Source: Auanema rhodensis (taxonomy: Eukaryota > Animalia > Nematoda). Taken from it: 64,000 bases of DNA. The notes below the pieces were generated by a model. The model was not told the DNA's origin and made no database searches. It worked only from the letters and a program-made list of their open reading frames with translations. The translations under genes were made by a program, and so were the position numbers. Location of the stretch: contig OZ059899.1 of NCBI GenBank assembly GCA_964057225.1, forward strand, positions 11,532,001-11,596,000, written 5' to 3'. Shown piece after piece: positions 38,761-53,595 of the stretch. Each line of letters begins with the position of its first letter. Within the stretch, counting starts at the first letter, position 1.

Positions 38761-41700
38761 AAATCTATTTTTCAAGGTTAAAGGAGGTTTAAAATAGTTT
38801 TGAATCCTGAAAAAGAGTTTATACACATGCACACACAAACACACACAAACACACATACAACCTACCTGAGTCACTTAAGCGTAATCTCAAACCTATTAGT
38901 TAAGGCTGAGAGTAAAATGTGTATCATTTTGAAGAAAACAAGAACAAAAATAATTATTTCCTTTTTTAAATTGCATCATGTTCCTTTTAACTTCCATCAG
39001 AATTTTATGGATTTGGGGCTCAGCTGCAACAGTAAATATAATCACATTATCATGTAGTCGTAATAGTAAGTAAGCACACACACACATCCCTCTCTCTCTC
39101 TCTCTCTCTCTTTCTCTTTCTCTCTCTTTCTCTCTGTCACATATTTAAATTGAACTTATTATTTGTTTTTCTTTCATTTAATTTTAAACGAAACACTTTT
39201 GTTATTTTAAAAATTATTTAAATAACTTTTAATATTTAAAGTTTATATTAAAGGAAATGATTTAACATTTCATTTCTTAATAAGATATCACATTTTTTAA
39301 AAATTTTATTATATAAACTTATAATAAAAATAAAAATACGGAATCAAACAAATATATATATATCAAAAAGGATCATATGTCAATATAGATATATACATAA
39401 TATACATATATCTACATAAATTTGTATGTACATATGCATGTTTTGAACCAATTGGTATTGAAATCATGAGAATTCACGAAATTTATTATTGAAATGCCAT
39501 CAGAATTTATGGAGAAACAACGACAAGTAATGAATCAACTAGTGACTGTTGCCAACTTTGATACTGCGCCCGCTTAGGCAAGGGGCTATTGGTCAGAAAA
39601 ATCTCGCCGTTTCCGTTTTGTCTCGTTTTCCACTCAAGAACTTGTCAGCACAGCGTGTCATTCAATCGGGTTTTAGAAAAGATCTACGGATGAGAGGAAG
39701 AATTGCAGAGTGGGGAAAGGGGTTAAACTGAAGAAGAAGATAGCTTCAGTTGAGATCCAGTCAGAAGCTCAATGCTCATATGTGTGTGTGTCACGCGGAG
39801 TATGTAGACATCGTCTCCGTTCAACACAATTGTATTATTTCTTTACGTCGAAAGAAACTTTTCCAATTTGTCGTTTCTTGTCATCTCTTCATTTTGCCCA
39901 TCTATATAACTTGCTTGGCTCACTGATTTAGGTGAACATTTTAAACTAAGCTAATCTCCTTTGTTTTTCAAAAGTCTACTATTCTTAGCTCCACTGTTTG
40001 GCTATTCCTACAGTTTTGTCATTTCTATTGCCCATCTGAAGTATTTTTAAACTTTTTTCTACTCAAATTTGCTTTATTAAATTGTTTTTAAAGATTAAAG
40101 AGACGTTTTAATCCAACACAATTCGATATTTGCTATCGAATTAATTATTTTTTTATAAGCAATAAGTTTTTAGACCTTTAAATTTGTTTTAGTTTTCTGC
40201 AAAAAAAAAAACAAAAAAATTGTAAAAAACATTTGTTTTCATATGCTGACGCCGTAGATGGCTTGATTTTGAAACCAGTGAGCAAAAGAGAAAGAAAAAG
40301 AAAAATGTCCGATTGAAGTTTAACATCAGTCACCATCAGCCACATCAACTCATTCTTTTCTTCTTCGACATCCTTCCGGTTGTCTAAGTTTGTCCTTTGG
40401 CAATCGCTCGCCGAACATATCGTTCCCACATCTCTTTCTCCATGTTTTCAATCTTGCTCTTTCATGAGCATATTAAGCGGGCTTAATACATTATGTTTTG
40501 TTTCTTTCATAGTTTCTCTAATGTCGAAGTACCTTTTACATTTATAAATTTCACATTTTGATTTTCATGCTGTATATCTCACAAGAGGGCATCAAATGGC
40601 TCGTCGGGCTTTCGATCAAATTAGCTTTACTCTTCACTTTTCTGTCTTTTCCACATTCACAGCCCTCTCTTCCTTCTATCTGTGTCCTCCGCCTCTCATA
40701 CTTGTTCACTCTCTCAAATGCCTATTCTTGTCGTTAGAAAGCAGTTCTTTAAATTCCAACAAAAAATAGAAAAAGAACTTAAGTTGAACCTTATCACGAT
40801 ATCTTGTGTTATAAGTTGTCATTAGGCGTTTCAGTTCTTTCAAAATCTCTTCGCATGCAACTACAGAATTCTATACATTTTTTTATTTTGTTTTCAAAAT
40901 TTCGGTCGTTATCCTCAAGCTCGCAGCTCGAGCAATTCCATTGAAGACACATGCTAATCAACTTTTTTTTATGTGTTGCACAGTTTTTTTTGGAGCTTAT
41001 TGTATTGTTTAAATGTTTTTAAATCGATTATATAGATAATTTCATAGCTTTTACATATTTTTAAAACTCTGACTAACAGATTCAATGATGTTTCGCTAAC
41101 TGAAAATCTTGTACGCTTCAAAGATTTTGCATATTTTTTCTATTGCAAGACAAAAAAGTATTGTCTTTCATCTTCGAATAAAGAAACGAAAGCTAATACA
41201 GAAAAAGGCTAGCATATATTCAAAAGAAGTAGAACAAATGATTTTGAAATATTAATATTTTTCAAGGCCATTGAATTTCAAATCATCATCATCTCTTTTG
41301 ATTCGTGAAATATGAAGTTATTTCACCATAATCATTATTATCATCAATATCATAATCTATTACTATTACTACTATTACTATTATTACTACCTCTTATATC
41401 AATATTTCTACTGATTTTACTATTCTCAGTCTCTGATTTTCATTTCCTTTTTTTAATTTCAAAATTATAAGCTTTTCAATGTTTTTAAACTGTATAAATC
41501 TCATTAAATAAATGATTATTTTTAAGTAAAGCTTAGCCAATAATACAAACTTTATGACATGTGGAGGTTTCTATGTCTTATTACCCTAGTAATTCATCAT
41601 TACTATTGTTTTATTCAGCCTTTTACTTCTATTATATATATATATATATATATTCGTACATTATGCAAAAAATATTTTAAAATTAGGTATATGTTCAGAT

Positions 41701-42317
41701 GTCCTCCTCTCATTTTCTACAAATATTTTATATTCTCTCATTTCTTCTACTATATCATACTTTTTAATAGCCTTTTTTATATATTACTCATCATCTGTTT
41801 TTGCTTCTAAATTGACTGGTTCATGGGCAAATGGTAGCATATACTGATGCTCGAATGAAGTTGATGTCGTTTTTCTTTTTAATTCTCTTTTTCTCTTATT
41901 CTTCTCATTCCTCCATTACTCCCTATTATCGACAGCAAGGAAGAGAGGAAGGGAGTAAGCGAGAGAGGGAGGTAGAGAGGTATTGAGGTAGAGAGAGGTA
42001 GGCAGAGAGAAAGAAAAAGAGAAAGAGAAGGAAAGGAGAACAATGAGGAGGAATAGCAGGAGAGGAAAAGGAGGAGTAGGAAGAGGTGTGCTTGCCCCAG
42101 AACAGTTTTCATACATCAGTGGCGATATTATATTGTTGTTGATTGTATCACCTGAGAGACATAAGAGATTTTGAATTTGTTTTGTTTTGTTATTGTAAGC
42201 CTTTCCTCTCTTTCTTCTTGTCTTCTTCCTCCGAGCTGCATCAATTTGAGGCATTATTGCAAACCTTTCCTATTTTTTGATCAGGGCTACCACCACAACA
42301 ATTCATATTGGCTTCTG

Positions 42318-43668
42318 ATGCGCCGCTCAGGCACTGGCTGCTGCTCAGTTTTACGTGATTGCTGGCGGTCTCCATCACCATCTACATCAAATGAATCGTC
42401 TGACAAAAAGAAGAAAATATCATCATGTTATGCTCCATTACCTAGTGCTTTACAACTATCACCAACTCATAAATCATCAGGTAAAATCAACCATCTAAAC
42501 CATCACATCCGATCACTAACCATGCACATACACATCTAGCTAAACATCCATATGTATATGTACATACACATATCTATATAGATAGATAGATTGATAGCTT
42601 TTGTACATATTTGAGTTCTTCAAAACCTTATTTAGAAGCAAAATTTCATCAAATACGAATATAGTTCATTGGTTAAACTGAATATCTTTATCAATTACTT
42701 ATTCTTATTAGATAGTTTATTGGATTTTGCGATTCAAGCTTGTACTCAGGTTTCTCATGAAACGACTAATTCAGTTATGTCTTCACTAATTCTCTTTTCT
42801 ATCTTCCTTTATACTTCAAAGCTCTGTTTCGGGCTATTCCTCTTTGGCATTTCCATCAAACATATTTCAAGTTGAATATCATGCTTGAATCAAGTTGTGT
42901 CTCATCTTGTTTGAATCTCCTATAGCTCATATCACACATTTGACTGTTTCCAAAGACAATTCATGAAAGTTTCAATATCAGAAAAGTGAATAAGAGTTGT
43001 ATCTTTAATTGCTTATAAACATATAAACATCTTTCTTTTATCAGTTTTCACATATTTTCTAAATATCAATGGTTTTAATCCTTTTTACTTCTCTAAATTT
43101 GAATTCAAATATGTTTCTTTGGATATTTTGGATTTCGAGATCTAGTTGTTAAAAATTAAAAAGAAGAAGAAAAGATGATCAAATTTAAGCTTTCAACTAA
43201 CAGCTCTGAATAAAATGGCCTTCTGTTCGGACAGACTTAATTGCCATCCGGACTCGGTCGTTTCGCAGGAAGTTTGTTCAGACCCCAACTAGCTACCATT
43301 ACATATGACAACAACTTGTCTATGTTGAAATAGGGAAGAGGGAGAAACTAACAAAATAAAGAGAGAGAGAGTGAAAGAGGGTGAATGAATGAAGGAAGCG
43401 AGAAGTTGTGACAATCAGAGAAATAAAGAGAGAAAAACAAGCCGATTTATGAAAACACAAAGTATAATACTTGATGAAATGAATTTATTGTATGTCCTAT
43501 GGTCCACCCCTTGACCAGAACAATAACGACAGTAGAGAAGGAGCAAAAGAGCAAGCTAGACACAAGTGTTATCTTGTCTTGAGCTTCATTAAATATAATT
43601 TATACAAATTTCAATAAAACAAATCAATTTTCTTGTTTTAATATATATTTGTATTTCATTTTTATTGT

Positions 43669-43729
<61 letters not shown>

Positions 43730-45306
43730 GAGAAAGAGATAAACATATTGAAAGTAAAAGAAAGCAAAGTATTGGATGAGTCTGAGCAAAGGAATGAAGC
43801 AAGCAGATTGGTGATTTGAACACTAGATGACTAAACACACATGGTAAAGTGGAATTGTGGGACTTATAAGAAAAATACTATTGAATGCTTGAGTATAATG
43901 ATTGCTAGTTCTATAGCTATCATTGATGAGCTTTTATTGACTTTCTACTCAAATCATATATTGACTTGATTGTGAATGAAACATCATTTTTATTTTTCTT
44001 TTATCTTTTCTTTTTTAAATTAAAAATTGCCAACAAATTATTACTTTTTACAACCAAAATATGTATGAATAATCTGAATATGTTGTCGGTTTTTTTCATT
44101 TTTTTTAAAAAAAAAAAGAAAAAAAAACAATTTGAACGTTTATGGTTATATGTGTAGTATTGTTATCCTTTCATTTATTTTCAAATTCTTTAGTTATAAC
44201 ACAAAAAAAAAATAAAATTCTGAGATATAAGAGAGAAGTAAATTATATTTTATATTCGAAGATTGTCATTATTTTCGAATGATATAATTTGTCTAATCTT
44301 CTATAATTTTTGTTTGAACATAAAAAATAACACAAAATTCTTGTTTTAACTATAAGGAGAGTTAGAGGGAGAGAGAGAGAGAGAGAGAAAGACAGAGACA
44401 GACAGACAGAGAAACACATTATTCATCCTTCGGAACATGGTATGTGAGAAATGAAAGTTAGGGTTCATCGAAACGAAAAAGGACTAATTATATAGAAACA
44501 ATTTTGTAATTATATGTAATGAATTACTTGAAACTGAATAATTTATTGAAGTTTGTTGGCATTTTTTGAAAAGATATACGAAGCAAATGACGATGAAGAA
44601 GAAGACAAAGTAGAAGACTAAGAAGAGATTCTGTCCTTTTTGTGAAATGTTGTCTATCAAAAGACTTGACTAAAGAATTATATATTCTAAAAGAGACAAT
44701 TGTAGTTCTTTCTATGTATATAGTAAGTAGAAAAGAAGTATTAAGTATTTCCTTTATTAAAATCTTCTTATTGTATAAATAATTATTTAAATTTGATAAA
44801 TAACTAACTAACTATATGCATATAGTTAAATATAAATTTCTTTTAAATATTCTTTTTAAAAAACTTTTTTTTAATACTTCCTTATGCTTTATTTACATAT
44901 TTAACGTTTTTATGTTGTAAATGTCTTAATAATACTGTGTGAAAATGAAAAAATATCAGTTGTTCTCTCTAAGTTTTGAGTGAATGAGTTGAATGTTGTG
45001 ATGAATGGAGAGAAAAGATAGAAATATTTCTTCAAAATAATGAATAAAGATGATGATTTTGATAAATTAAAATGTATACAAGGTATGTTATACATGTATT
45101 TACATATGTTTGTTTGAAACAAGATATAAAGAAATAGATAAAATTGATTTTAGTGTTGAAAACATTGAAAAACTGAAATGAAGTAAAAGCAGTAAAAGAA
45201 TGAAATGATGAGGAGCATGAAATCGTTTAGAACACAAGAGACAGACACTATTAGAAAGAGAAATTTTGAAAGAGAAAAGAAGCAAAAAGAAATAGATCTT
45301 AAAGAG

Positions 45307-45380
<74 letters not shown>

Positions 45381-47021
45381 AAGAGGAGGTAGGGGGAGAG
45401 AGATAGGAGAAAGAAAAGAAGGATAAATCAACAATCGGATATCATCTAGCTCACTCTTTTTCTTGTCTTTTTATCTTTCTCTCTCTAACTTATTTATGTT
45501 ATATCATTGTGACCTCGCTTGCTCCTCAACTTCTTTCTCTATTATATCAAGCTACCACAATAATGCTCAAACATTTCTTTATTTTTATTTTTTTTTGATT
45601 TTCATTTTATTATTTCTTGTTTAAACATATTTAAGAAAAATAGAGCATATTTTAGTTTTTATAAATAAATTTATTTTACCTTTTTCTTAATTTTTTGGAT
45701 ATTTATTTCATAATATAAGTAAAATTATTATTAAATATTATTTGAATATATATTAAACTAAACTATATACATATGGTATATTATACAAATTTTTGATAAA
45801 AATCTTAATTTTTTTGTTTATTTGCAGTTTTCTCAATTTGCATTTTGATTTTATCACAAAAAAGTTGAAAAATGCTGAGAATAGGAGAAACATCATAGAA
45901 TATGATTACTTCTTCTTCTTCTTCTTCTTCTTGTCTTATCAGTTATTATTTATCTAATTATATCATATCATATATCATAAAGATATTTAAACTTTTAAAT
46001 ACTCGTATAATCTGATGATTTTTCATTTTCTATTTTGTTATAAAGAATATTGAATGAATGATACTTAATACTATATTTGTAAGGAAAAATTGATTTAAAT
46101 TGCTTTGATGCTATCACCATCCATCATGTTTCATCAATAATTTTTAAAAAATTTTTATTTTTATTATTTAAAAACCAAAAAAAAAAAAATTTATAATTAT
46201 TCTTACAGAATATCTATTGATTAATCTATCATAATCTCTAATTTTATTATTCGTTTACTATTTTGTTAAAAAAATTATTTTTTAGCGCATAATTTGAATA
46301 ATTGAATCATCTCAGATGAGGATCAGTTATAAAAGTTATAAGTTAACAACGTTATGAATGTTGTAACCAACAAAAAAGCTAAAAATGGTATAATTATTTG
46401 AAAAAAAAAAGAAAAAAACAACATTTTATCATCTTGTATAATTGATTTCAAGCATTTCAGTCGATGCGACGACACGTCCAGTGACACTTCTTCGACGAAA
46501 TGAATCATCATCGAGTTCTCGTGAGCGTTCATTCGATACAACAGCCGCTGTTGCCACCATAGAAAAGTATGTTTATATAAATTTTAAAGAATCATATGTG
46601 TTTCTTTGAAGAATATCATTAATTATATTAAATTGTAGAAACAAAAAAGAAAAATAATTTATATAAAAAGAAAATTTATTACATATAATTAATAATTTGT
46701 TTTTTAAAAAATACAAAAAAACAACTGAAATAACTTGTCTGGCAATTGAATAGCTTTTATCTTGTTTCTGCTATCGTTTCACAATTATTATTATCAACAG
46801 CATCAGCTGAAAGAACAATTTCCGTTCCAAAATTCTGATGACTACGATGAATGTACATTTTATACTATTTTAAGTTTATAAAGGGAAACTATAAAGAGGA
46901 AAAAAGGGGGGAAAGGAAAGGAAGAGAATAACGAAAAGATACATAAATGAAGTGAAAGAGCGTAATAGGGTAAAGACAGAAATAGAGAGAGAGGAAGAGA
47001 GAGAGGGAGAGAGAAAGAGAT

Positions 47022-47062
<41 letters not shown>

Positions 47063-50000
47063 AATTTTGTTTTGGCGTATATTCTTTCTCAAAGTTTTTT
47101 TTTCTCATAAAAATAAAATACCAATCATATTCCTAATTAACTTCTTTTTATTTAAACAAATTGAATTTTATCAAAGAAAAATTAGAAAAAAGGAAAAACT
47201 TGAGTACTTTGCTTCAGCTTGCGTGTCATCTGAATATAAATATTACATTTATGAATTTGAAAAGAAAATTCTTTTTCTAACACTTTTCCGTCGGCTAGAA
47301 AAAGGTTTTATTTTCTATTTTTCACTTCAATTCCTATGAAAAGAAATGAAAAATGCAATAACCTTGATACTAATGTTTTCTAAAATACCTTTAAGTTTGT
47401 GTGTGGTGCCTGCATACGAAAATAATTTTAAGCAGATTAATTTTTTTTTCTTTGATTTTGATTCTTCTTTTCCCTCCTTATCTCCAACGTTTTTCCTCTT
47501 CTTTTCAAGCTTCTTCTTGTAATTTTTGTGAAAATTTTGATTTTTTGACTCCAAGTGACATACATTCCTTTTTTTATTTTTTTTACAAAATCAAGAGAGT
47601 TATCCTCATTTATCTATATTTATCTGCTCGTTATATTCGATAAGATAATCGGGTATGAAGGCTTCCTATACAACGATTTCGAAGCTTCTGCCTCGTTTGA
47701 TTCTTCATCTTACTCTTTTTATATCAATAATATTTCTCTTGCCTGTCAACATTATTTTCATCATCACACTCTTAACACCCATTTTCTCTACTTCCTCTTC
47801 AATCCCATCTTTATCTCCTCTTCGTTCTCATCCTGCTTCTCATCCAACTACGTCGCCATGGGAACCACAGCTAGCGAGTGCACGAAAAAGCATTGGCAAT
47901 TGATGTCCAGATGAAGAAGACGTAATTCCTCCGCTAGTTGCAAACATTTTTACTTTCATCTATATCTTTACACTGATTTTCGACTATAGAACATTGAAAA
48001 TCAAATATATTTCATTCATATGCCACATTCTTCTAATCTCTTCTTTCATTTTTCATAATTTCATTAGTCTTTTAGAGTCACTGAGACTAAAACATCGTTA
48101 AAACCAAGTAAAATTCTTTATTGAAATTCTCTTTTGAAACTTCGGTGACCCATATTCAAGAAGAAAATCATAAAATCATGATAGTTGGAGATACATTTGG
48201 TTTTTACCAATTAGTTCTGAGGAAACATTCATGCAGGTACTTGTTTGAAAATGATGAAATACCAATAATCATAACAAATCAAATAAAATTTGAATTCTAA
48301 CTATATGTTCTTAACTATATTGTTTCAGACTTCGTTATATACTTCATCAATTAAATAGCGGTCAATTGCCATTAGAAGATCTCAAAAGAAATATCGAATA
48401 TGCAGCTTTGGTGTTGGAAACAGCTTATATGGATGAGACTAGGTAATACATATCTGTAACACTTGAGTATGAAACTTTAAAAATCTCTCTATATATAGCC
48501 ATATATCTATGTTTATTTCAATATTTTCAGACGAATATGTGATGAAGATGATGACCTAGCTGAAGTTACTCCAGAAACCGTGCCTGATGAGGTTCAATTC
48601 TTACAGAAATCAATCCCAAATATATCTTATTTTTTTCCAGGTACGAGAGTGGTTAGCCGCTACATTCACTCGTCAGAATGCTGGTAAAAAACGCGAGAAG
48701 CCTAAGTTCAAATCAGTAGCCAATGCCATTCGAACCGGCATATTCTTTGATAAGTGAGTTTCGTTTATGACAAAGTTCTAGTAGAAGAATCGCAAGAATT
48801 AAATGAAGATACTGAGCTCTCTTACAAGTTTCAAAAATATATTTTTACTGGAAAAAAAAAAGAAGAAAATTATTAATTCTAGTATAAAAAATTGTGTTGT
48901 TGTCTTTCTCATGTTGTTTTCAAGACATCAAATCTAGCTTAAAATGCCATCAAAGCGGGATTTATTGGAGACTTTGACTAAAAGAAGAAGATTTAAAGCT
49001 CTTTCATTATGTAAATGATCAAAATAGGAGCCCAGAACCTATGAGAAAGGGGTCCTTATGTTTTGGTTATAATTATAATTTGAAAAATACAAGAGTAGCG
49101 TTACTTACTTTGGAATTTAGTGCTTGTTTGCTGTGTTATATCTATCTTTTTCTGTTAATTTTCCAATCTTTTCTTCTTTAATATACATATATAGATAGAA
49201 ATAATAACTATTATAGTTTCTTTATTAAATATTTTATTCTTATAGAAATAATTAATTAATTAAGAATTAATTCTCTTTTTACTTTATCTTTATCATTTCC
49301 TGTTTGCGTGTGTTTGCACCGCTCAACTGAAACATACAATATGCCGCCCTTTCATTATCTAGTTCCAGGTTATTCCGTAAGCAGCAGACTGTACAATGTC
49401 CGATTCCACAAGAAATCTCTGATCTATTACGGGCAAGTTTTTCTATTTCATTTCATATACTTTCTAAATATTTCCCCTCTTTCTCTTCTGTTTAACTTTA
49501 TTGTCTTACCTAAGCTTGTAAAGCTGCGCCCAACCTCAGTACACACGGGGTTAAGCCTAAGCTGAAGCCGTAGGCTTTACTTAAGCTCTCAGCTGTTGTG
49601 TAGTAGCACAAACTGTTGTACAATGGCACCAATTATTATTTTGATAAAGCCTAATATGTTATTACTTTAGGATGTAAATACGTGGTCCTTTGATCCATTC
49701 CATCTTAACGAGGTATCCGAGGGTCATGCCTTGAAGTTTGTCGGTTTTGAGCTGTTTAATCGATACGGGTTTATGGATCGTTTTAAGGTAAAATCACGAG
49801 TAATCATTGTGATAATTTGATTTTTTTCTTTTAAAGATTCCTCTCACAGCCCTGGAAAACTATTTGTTAGCATTAGAAGCAGGATACAGCAAACATAATA
49901 ATCCATATCATAACGTTATTCATGCTGCAGATGTAACTCAGTCATCACACTTCATGCTCAGCCAAACTGGACTTGCTGTACTTAACTATCCATATAATCA

Positions 50001-51177
50001 ACTTATTTTTAAACAACTTTTTCTAGAATAGCCTAGGAGATTTGGAATTGCTGGCTGTCCTTTTTGGAGCTTTAATACATGATTATGAACACACGGGACA
50101 TACAAATAATTTCCATATTCAATCTGGGTATATTTAATTTCTTTAATTTTATTAATTTGTTATTAACTATTTCAGATCAAATTTTGCTTTATTGTATAAT
50201 GATCGCAGCGTACTTGAAAATCATCATGTCTCATCTTGTTTCCGATTAATGAAAGATGACGACAAAAATATTTTTGCTCATTTAACACGTGATGAATTCA
50301 GGTATTCATTCACTGATTATATCATATAAATTAAATTTATAACTAATATTTTCTAGAGAACTTCGTAATATGGTCATAGAAATTGTATTGGCGACTGATA
50401 TGTCAACGCATTTTGTGCAAATCAAAACTATGAAGAATATGCTGAGTTTGCCTGAAGGGTATTCAATTAATTATTTAATATTATATCATATAAATTATAT
50501 TTAAGAATTGATAAAAACAAGGCTTTATGTTTGATTGTTCATGCTTGTGATATATCACATCCATCTAAGCCATGGCAGTTGCATGAACGTTGGACTGAAG
50601 GAGTTTTAGAAGAATTCTTCAGACAGGGTGACCTGGAGTCATCTATGGGCTTACCATATTCACCTCTATGTGATCGACATACTGTACATGTAGCTGATAG
50701 TCAAATTGGCTTTATCGACTTCATTGTCGAGCCAACGATGGTCGTTTGCGGAGAACTTTTAACGAAAATGGTTGAACCTCTTGTATCATTGCCTCCTTCT
50801 GACTCACTCTTTCCTCCAAATGGAGATCAGAATGAAAGTACAAGTCCAAGCAATGCTTTATCACCTCTGCCAGATATGTAAGAATGCTCACGAACTTCTT
50901 CAAAAACTTCAAGTTCAACTTCATTTCAGGCGTAACTCATCAACAACACCCAACTCAATACGCAGGCTTCCTTTGAATTATTGCGGTAAATTAGAAATTC
51001 CAACACCATGGATGAAGTTTTTACATGAAAATAAAGCAAATTGGAAAGACCGAGCAGCAAAAGGTAGCCCATAAATAGCATAATTAAGTCATTCTTTCTA
51101 TAATTTAAGAAGAAGAAGAACGAAAAAAACAAGAAAGTAAAGAAAATGGAGAAGTTAAAGCCAATGGAGATAAGTAG
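42318..51177 (+). CDS. pde-1: Ca2+/calmodulin-dependent cyclic nucleotide phosphodiesterase PDE1
   Basis: Exons 42318-42480, ~46461-46566 and 48330 onward join in phase; VPDEVREWLAATFTRQ, KPKFKSVANAIRTGIF, NPYHNVIHAADV, IHDYEHTGHTNNF, YNDRSVLENHH, HACDISHPSK; the 5' exon assignment is less certain. Confidence 0.93.
45310..45376. repeat. (AG)n microsatellite in a pde-1 intron
   Basis: Perfect dinucleotide run. Confidence 0.97.
47852..47865 (+). promoter_or_regulatory. X-box (RFX/DAF-19 site) inside a pde-1 intron
   Basis: GTCGCCATGGGAAC matches GTHNYY-AT-RRNAAC. Confidence 0.6.
49511..49622 (+). ncRNA. Candidate structured intronic RNA element carrying TAAGCCTAAGC
   Basis: Several nested complementary segments in a GC-richer patch within a GC-AG intron of pde-1; identity unproven. 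Confidence 0.25.
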
Positions 51178-53525
51178 TTGAATATGTGTGATAATCTTAT
51201 TCATTGGTCTCATATTTTCAATTATTTCTTTAATGTGATAAAAAACATAAAAGATGAGATATAAGACGTATTTTAAAATTTTTTTTTCCATTTGATCTTC
51301 CCTTCTGATGAGTATTCTTGCTTAATTCAATTGTTTTTATTAAGATTTGACTTAGTTATATGATATATACATATAATATTATTAATACAAAATATGTACA
51401 TGTAAACAACAACAACAACAACAACATCATTCTAGCAATATGTTTATGTATGTTTATGTCTGTTACAACTTATTTCTCTATTGAAATATGAAGATTTTTT
51501 CTTAGATTTTTCATTTTTAAAATAAAACAAAACTGTATTTCTTCTAATTTTTCTTTTTTTTTGATTTATTTCTCTCAATAATTCATATATTAGTTTAAAG
51601 ATTTTTTTAATATTTGAAGCTAATCAATAAGGTTTAAACAAAAATTAAAATAGGAAAGAGTTTTCTAATCTTCAATACAACTGTTTTTAAAAAAAAAACA
51701 TTCTGGTGTTTCAATATTGTACATAATAAATATTAATTATAATACTATTTATATAAATATATATTTATAAATAAAAATAAAGAGAAAATGAGTACAAAGA
51801 GACATTTTTGTTTTTGTTTCCTTAATTTTAAACAGAAAAATACTTCAATTACATATCAAGGTTTCGTTGTTTTCCCCTTTTGAATATAAAAAAAAAGAAA
51901 GAAAAACATCTACAAATTGTTGTATTGATTATAAAATTATTTGATTAGATACTGTAGAATCTTTGAAAAGTTTTTAAATAATTTTCAATCAAAAAATTTG
52001 AAAAAAAAAACAGTTTAATCTTCTTTATTTTCAAATATTATGATTTGATTTTGGTATAACTAACTAACTAACTAAATAAATAAATGTTGAATAGAAGACA
52101 ATTTTGAAATAACTTAGTTTTTGAGAAATGAATAGTCTAATTTTCTATAAAACTGCAGCATTTTTTCCATATAATTATGTATCTATTCAAATATTTTAAC
52201 TTATATGTGTATGTACATATATATATATAACCAAAATATCTACTAACTATTTTGACAACATGTCATAGAATATAGTTAACTGACTAACTAACTGACTAAC
52301 TAATAGATAATTTCTATATTATCCATATCTTCTGAAAAGTTATTGAGGATGAATATCCAGTACTCATGTGTGTGTGTGTGTCTACAATCATTTCGTATCG
52401 TCTATGTCTTCTTCTTAACTCATTGAGATTCATTACGAATTTTAAAAATTAATTTGAAAAGCGATGGTCCCTTTAGATCGTGTTTTTGCTATTATAAGTC
52501 TTGATGCTAGTCAATTAATTCGAAATAAAATGAATAAAATCTCTGATGAGTACAGATTAGCCCGAAATGTTTAATGAGAAAAGTGTAACTTGAACTCAAT
52601 ATAGATAATGTCCCGAGAGGAAACAAGTTCTGATTCAGATAATTTTCATCTTCTTCCTCGTTTTTCTTGAAATCTTAGGTTAGCATTTCACTTTCCTTTC
52701 TTTTTTATCTTGAAACTTAAAAAAATAATCTCATAATAGCAGCATATTCAGCATAAGTTGGTTAGGTTATTTAAGATTGAACTATGATGTGTCTGTAGAT
52801 CAGTGAAATCGAAGATTAACATGTATATTGAAAACTCTGGAAAATCTGAATTATTTCTCTGTTTAAAACCAATTTTATAAATTATTATTAAATTGAAATG
52901 AAAAAAGACAGATTTTGATCTTCGAAGTATGTTGAACTGGGATTTGAAAAACTCTGACTTGATGATGATGAAGGTCAATTTGAAACACTAGCAACCGTTG
53001 ACAGTTACATCTGTTCTTCAAACTATAGAATAGACAACCTGAGTGTCATTCACTCTCAAATCGTTCACAGTTTTGCCGAGATTGACAGAGATAGAAAGGG
53101 AGAGGAAGAGGATGAAAACGAATGATGAGAATTGAAGAAATGAAAGCTCAAAGCAAAATGCAAATCAGATTCTACTGTCATCATAGCAAAAGCTGGATGA
53201 TTCATTTCCATTTGTCATTTTATGGCCAACGAGATAGGTTGATTTCCAGCAATATGTCTCGAAATTTAGGAAAACGCCAATTGAAAGCCCATTCATTGTC
53301 TTGTTGAACAGAGAAAAGCAGAATCCTCAATTAAACGTCTTTGACATTTACACACACAATTCTCTTCTAGAAGAATAGTAGGACAGCTGAAAAATAGATT
53401 TGAATGACACAAATCTTATCTGAACCTTACTGCTTGTACTGTACAAGGAAAAGATTTCTTTTGAATGCTTTTATTGCTCGCCATCATTAATTCAACCTAA
53501 AGGGGAAATAAAGAGAAAGAGAGAG

Positions 53526-53530
<5 letters not shown>

Positions 53531-53576
<46 letters not shown>

Positions 53577-53595
53577 AAGAGAGAGAGAGAGAGAG
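53531..53595. repeat. (GA)n microsatellite, interrupted
   Basis: Dinucleotide run. Confidence 0.95.

Noticed and set aside
49553-49577. AAGCCTA..TAGGCTT palindrome as a programmed DNA elimination break site
   Set aside because: A somatic break here would sever pde-1; arms are only 7 bp and I cannot match a known motif
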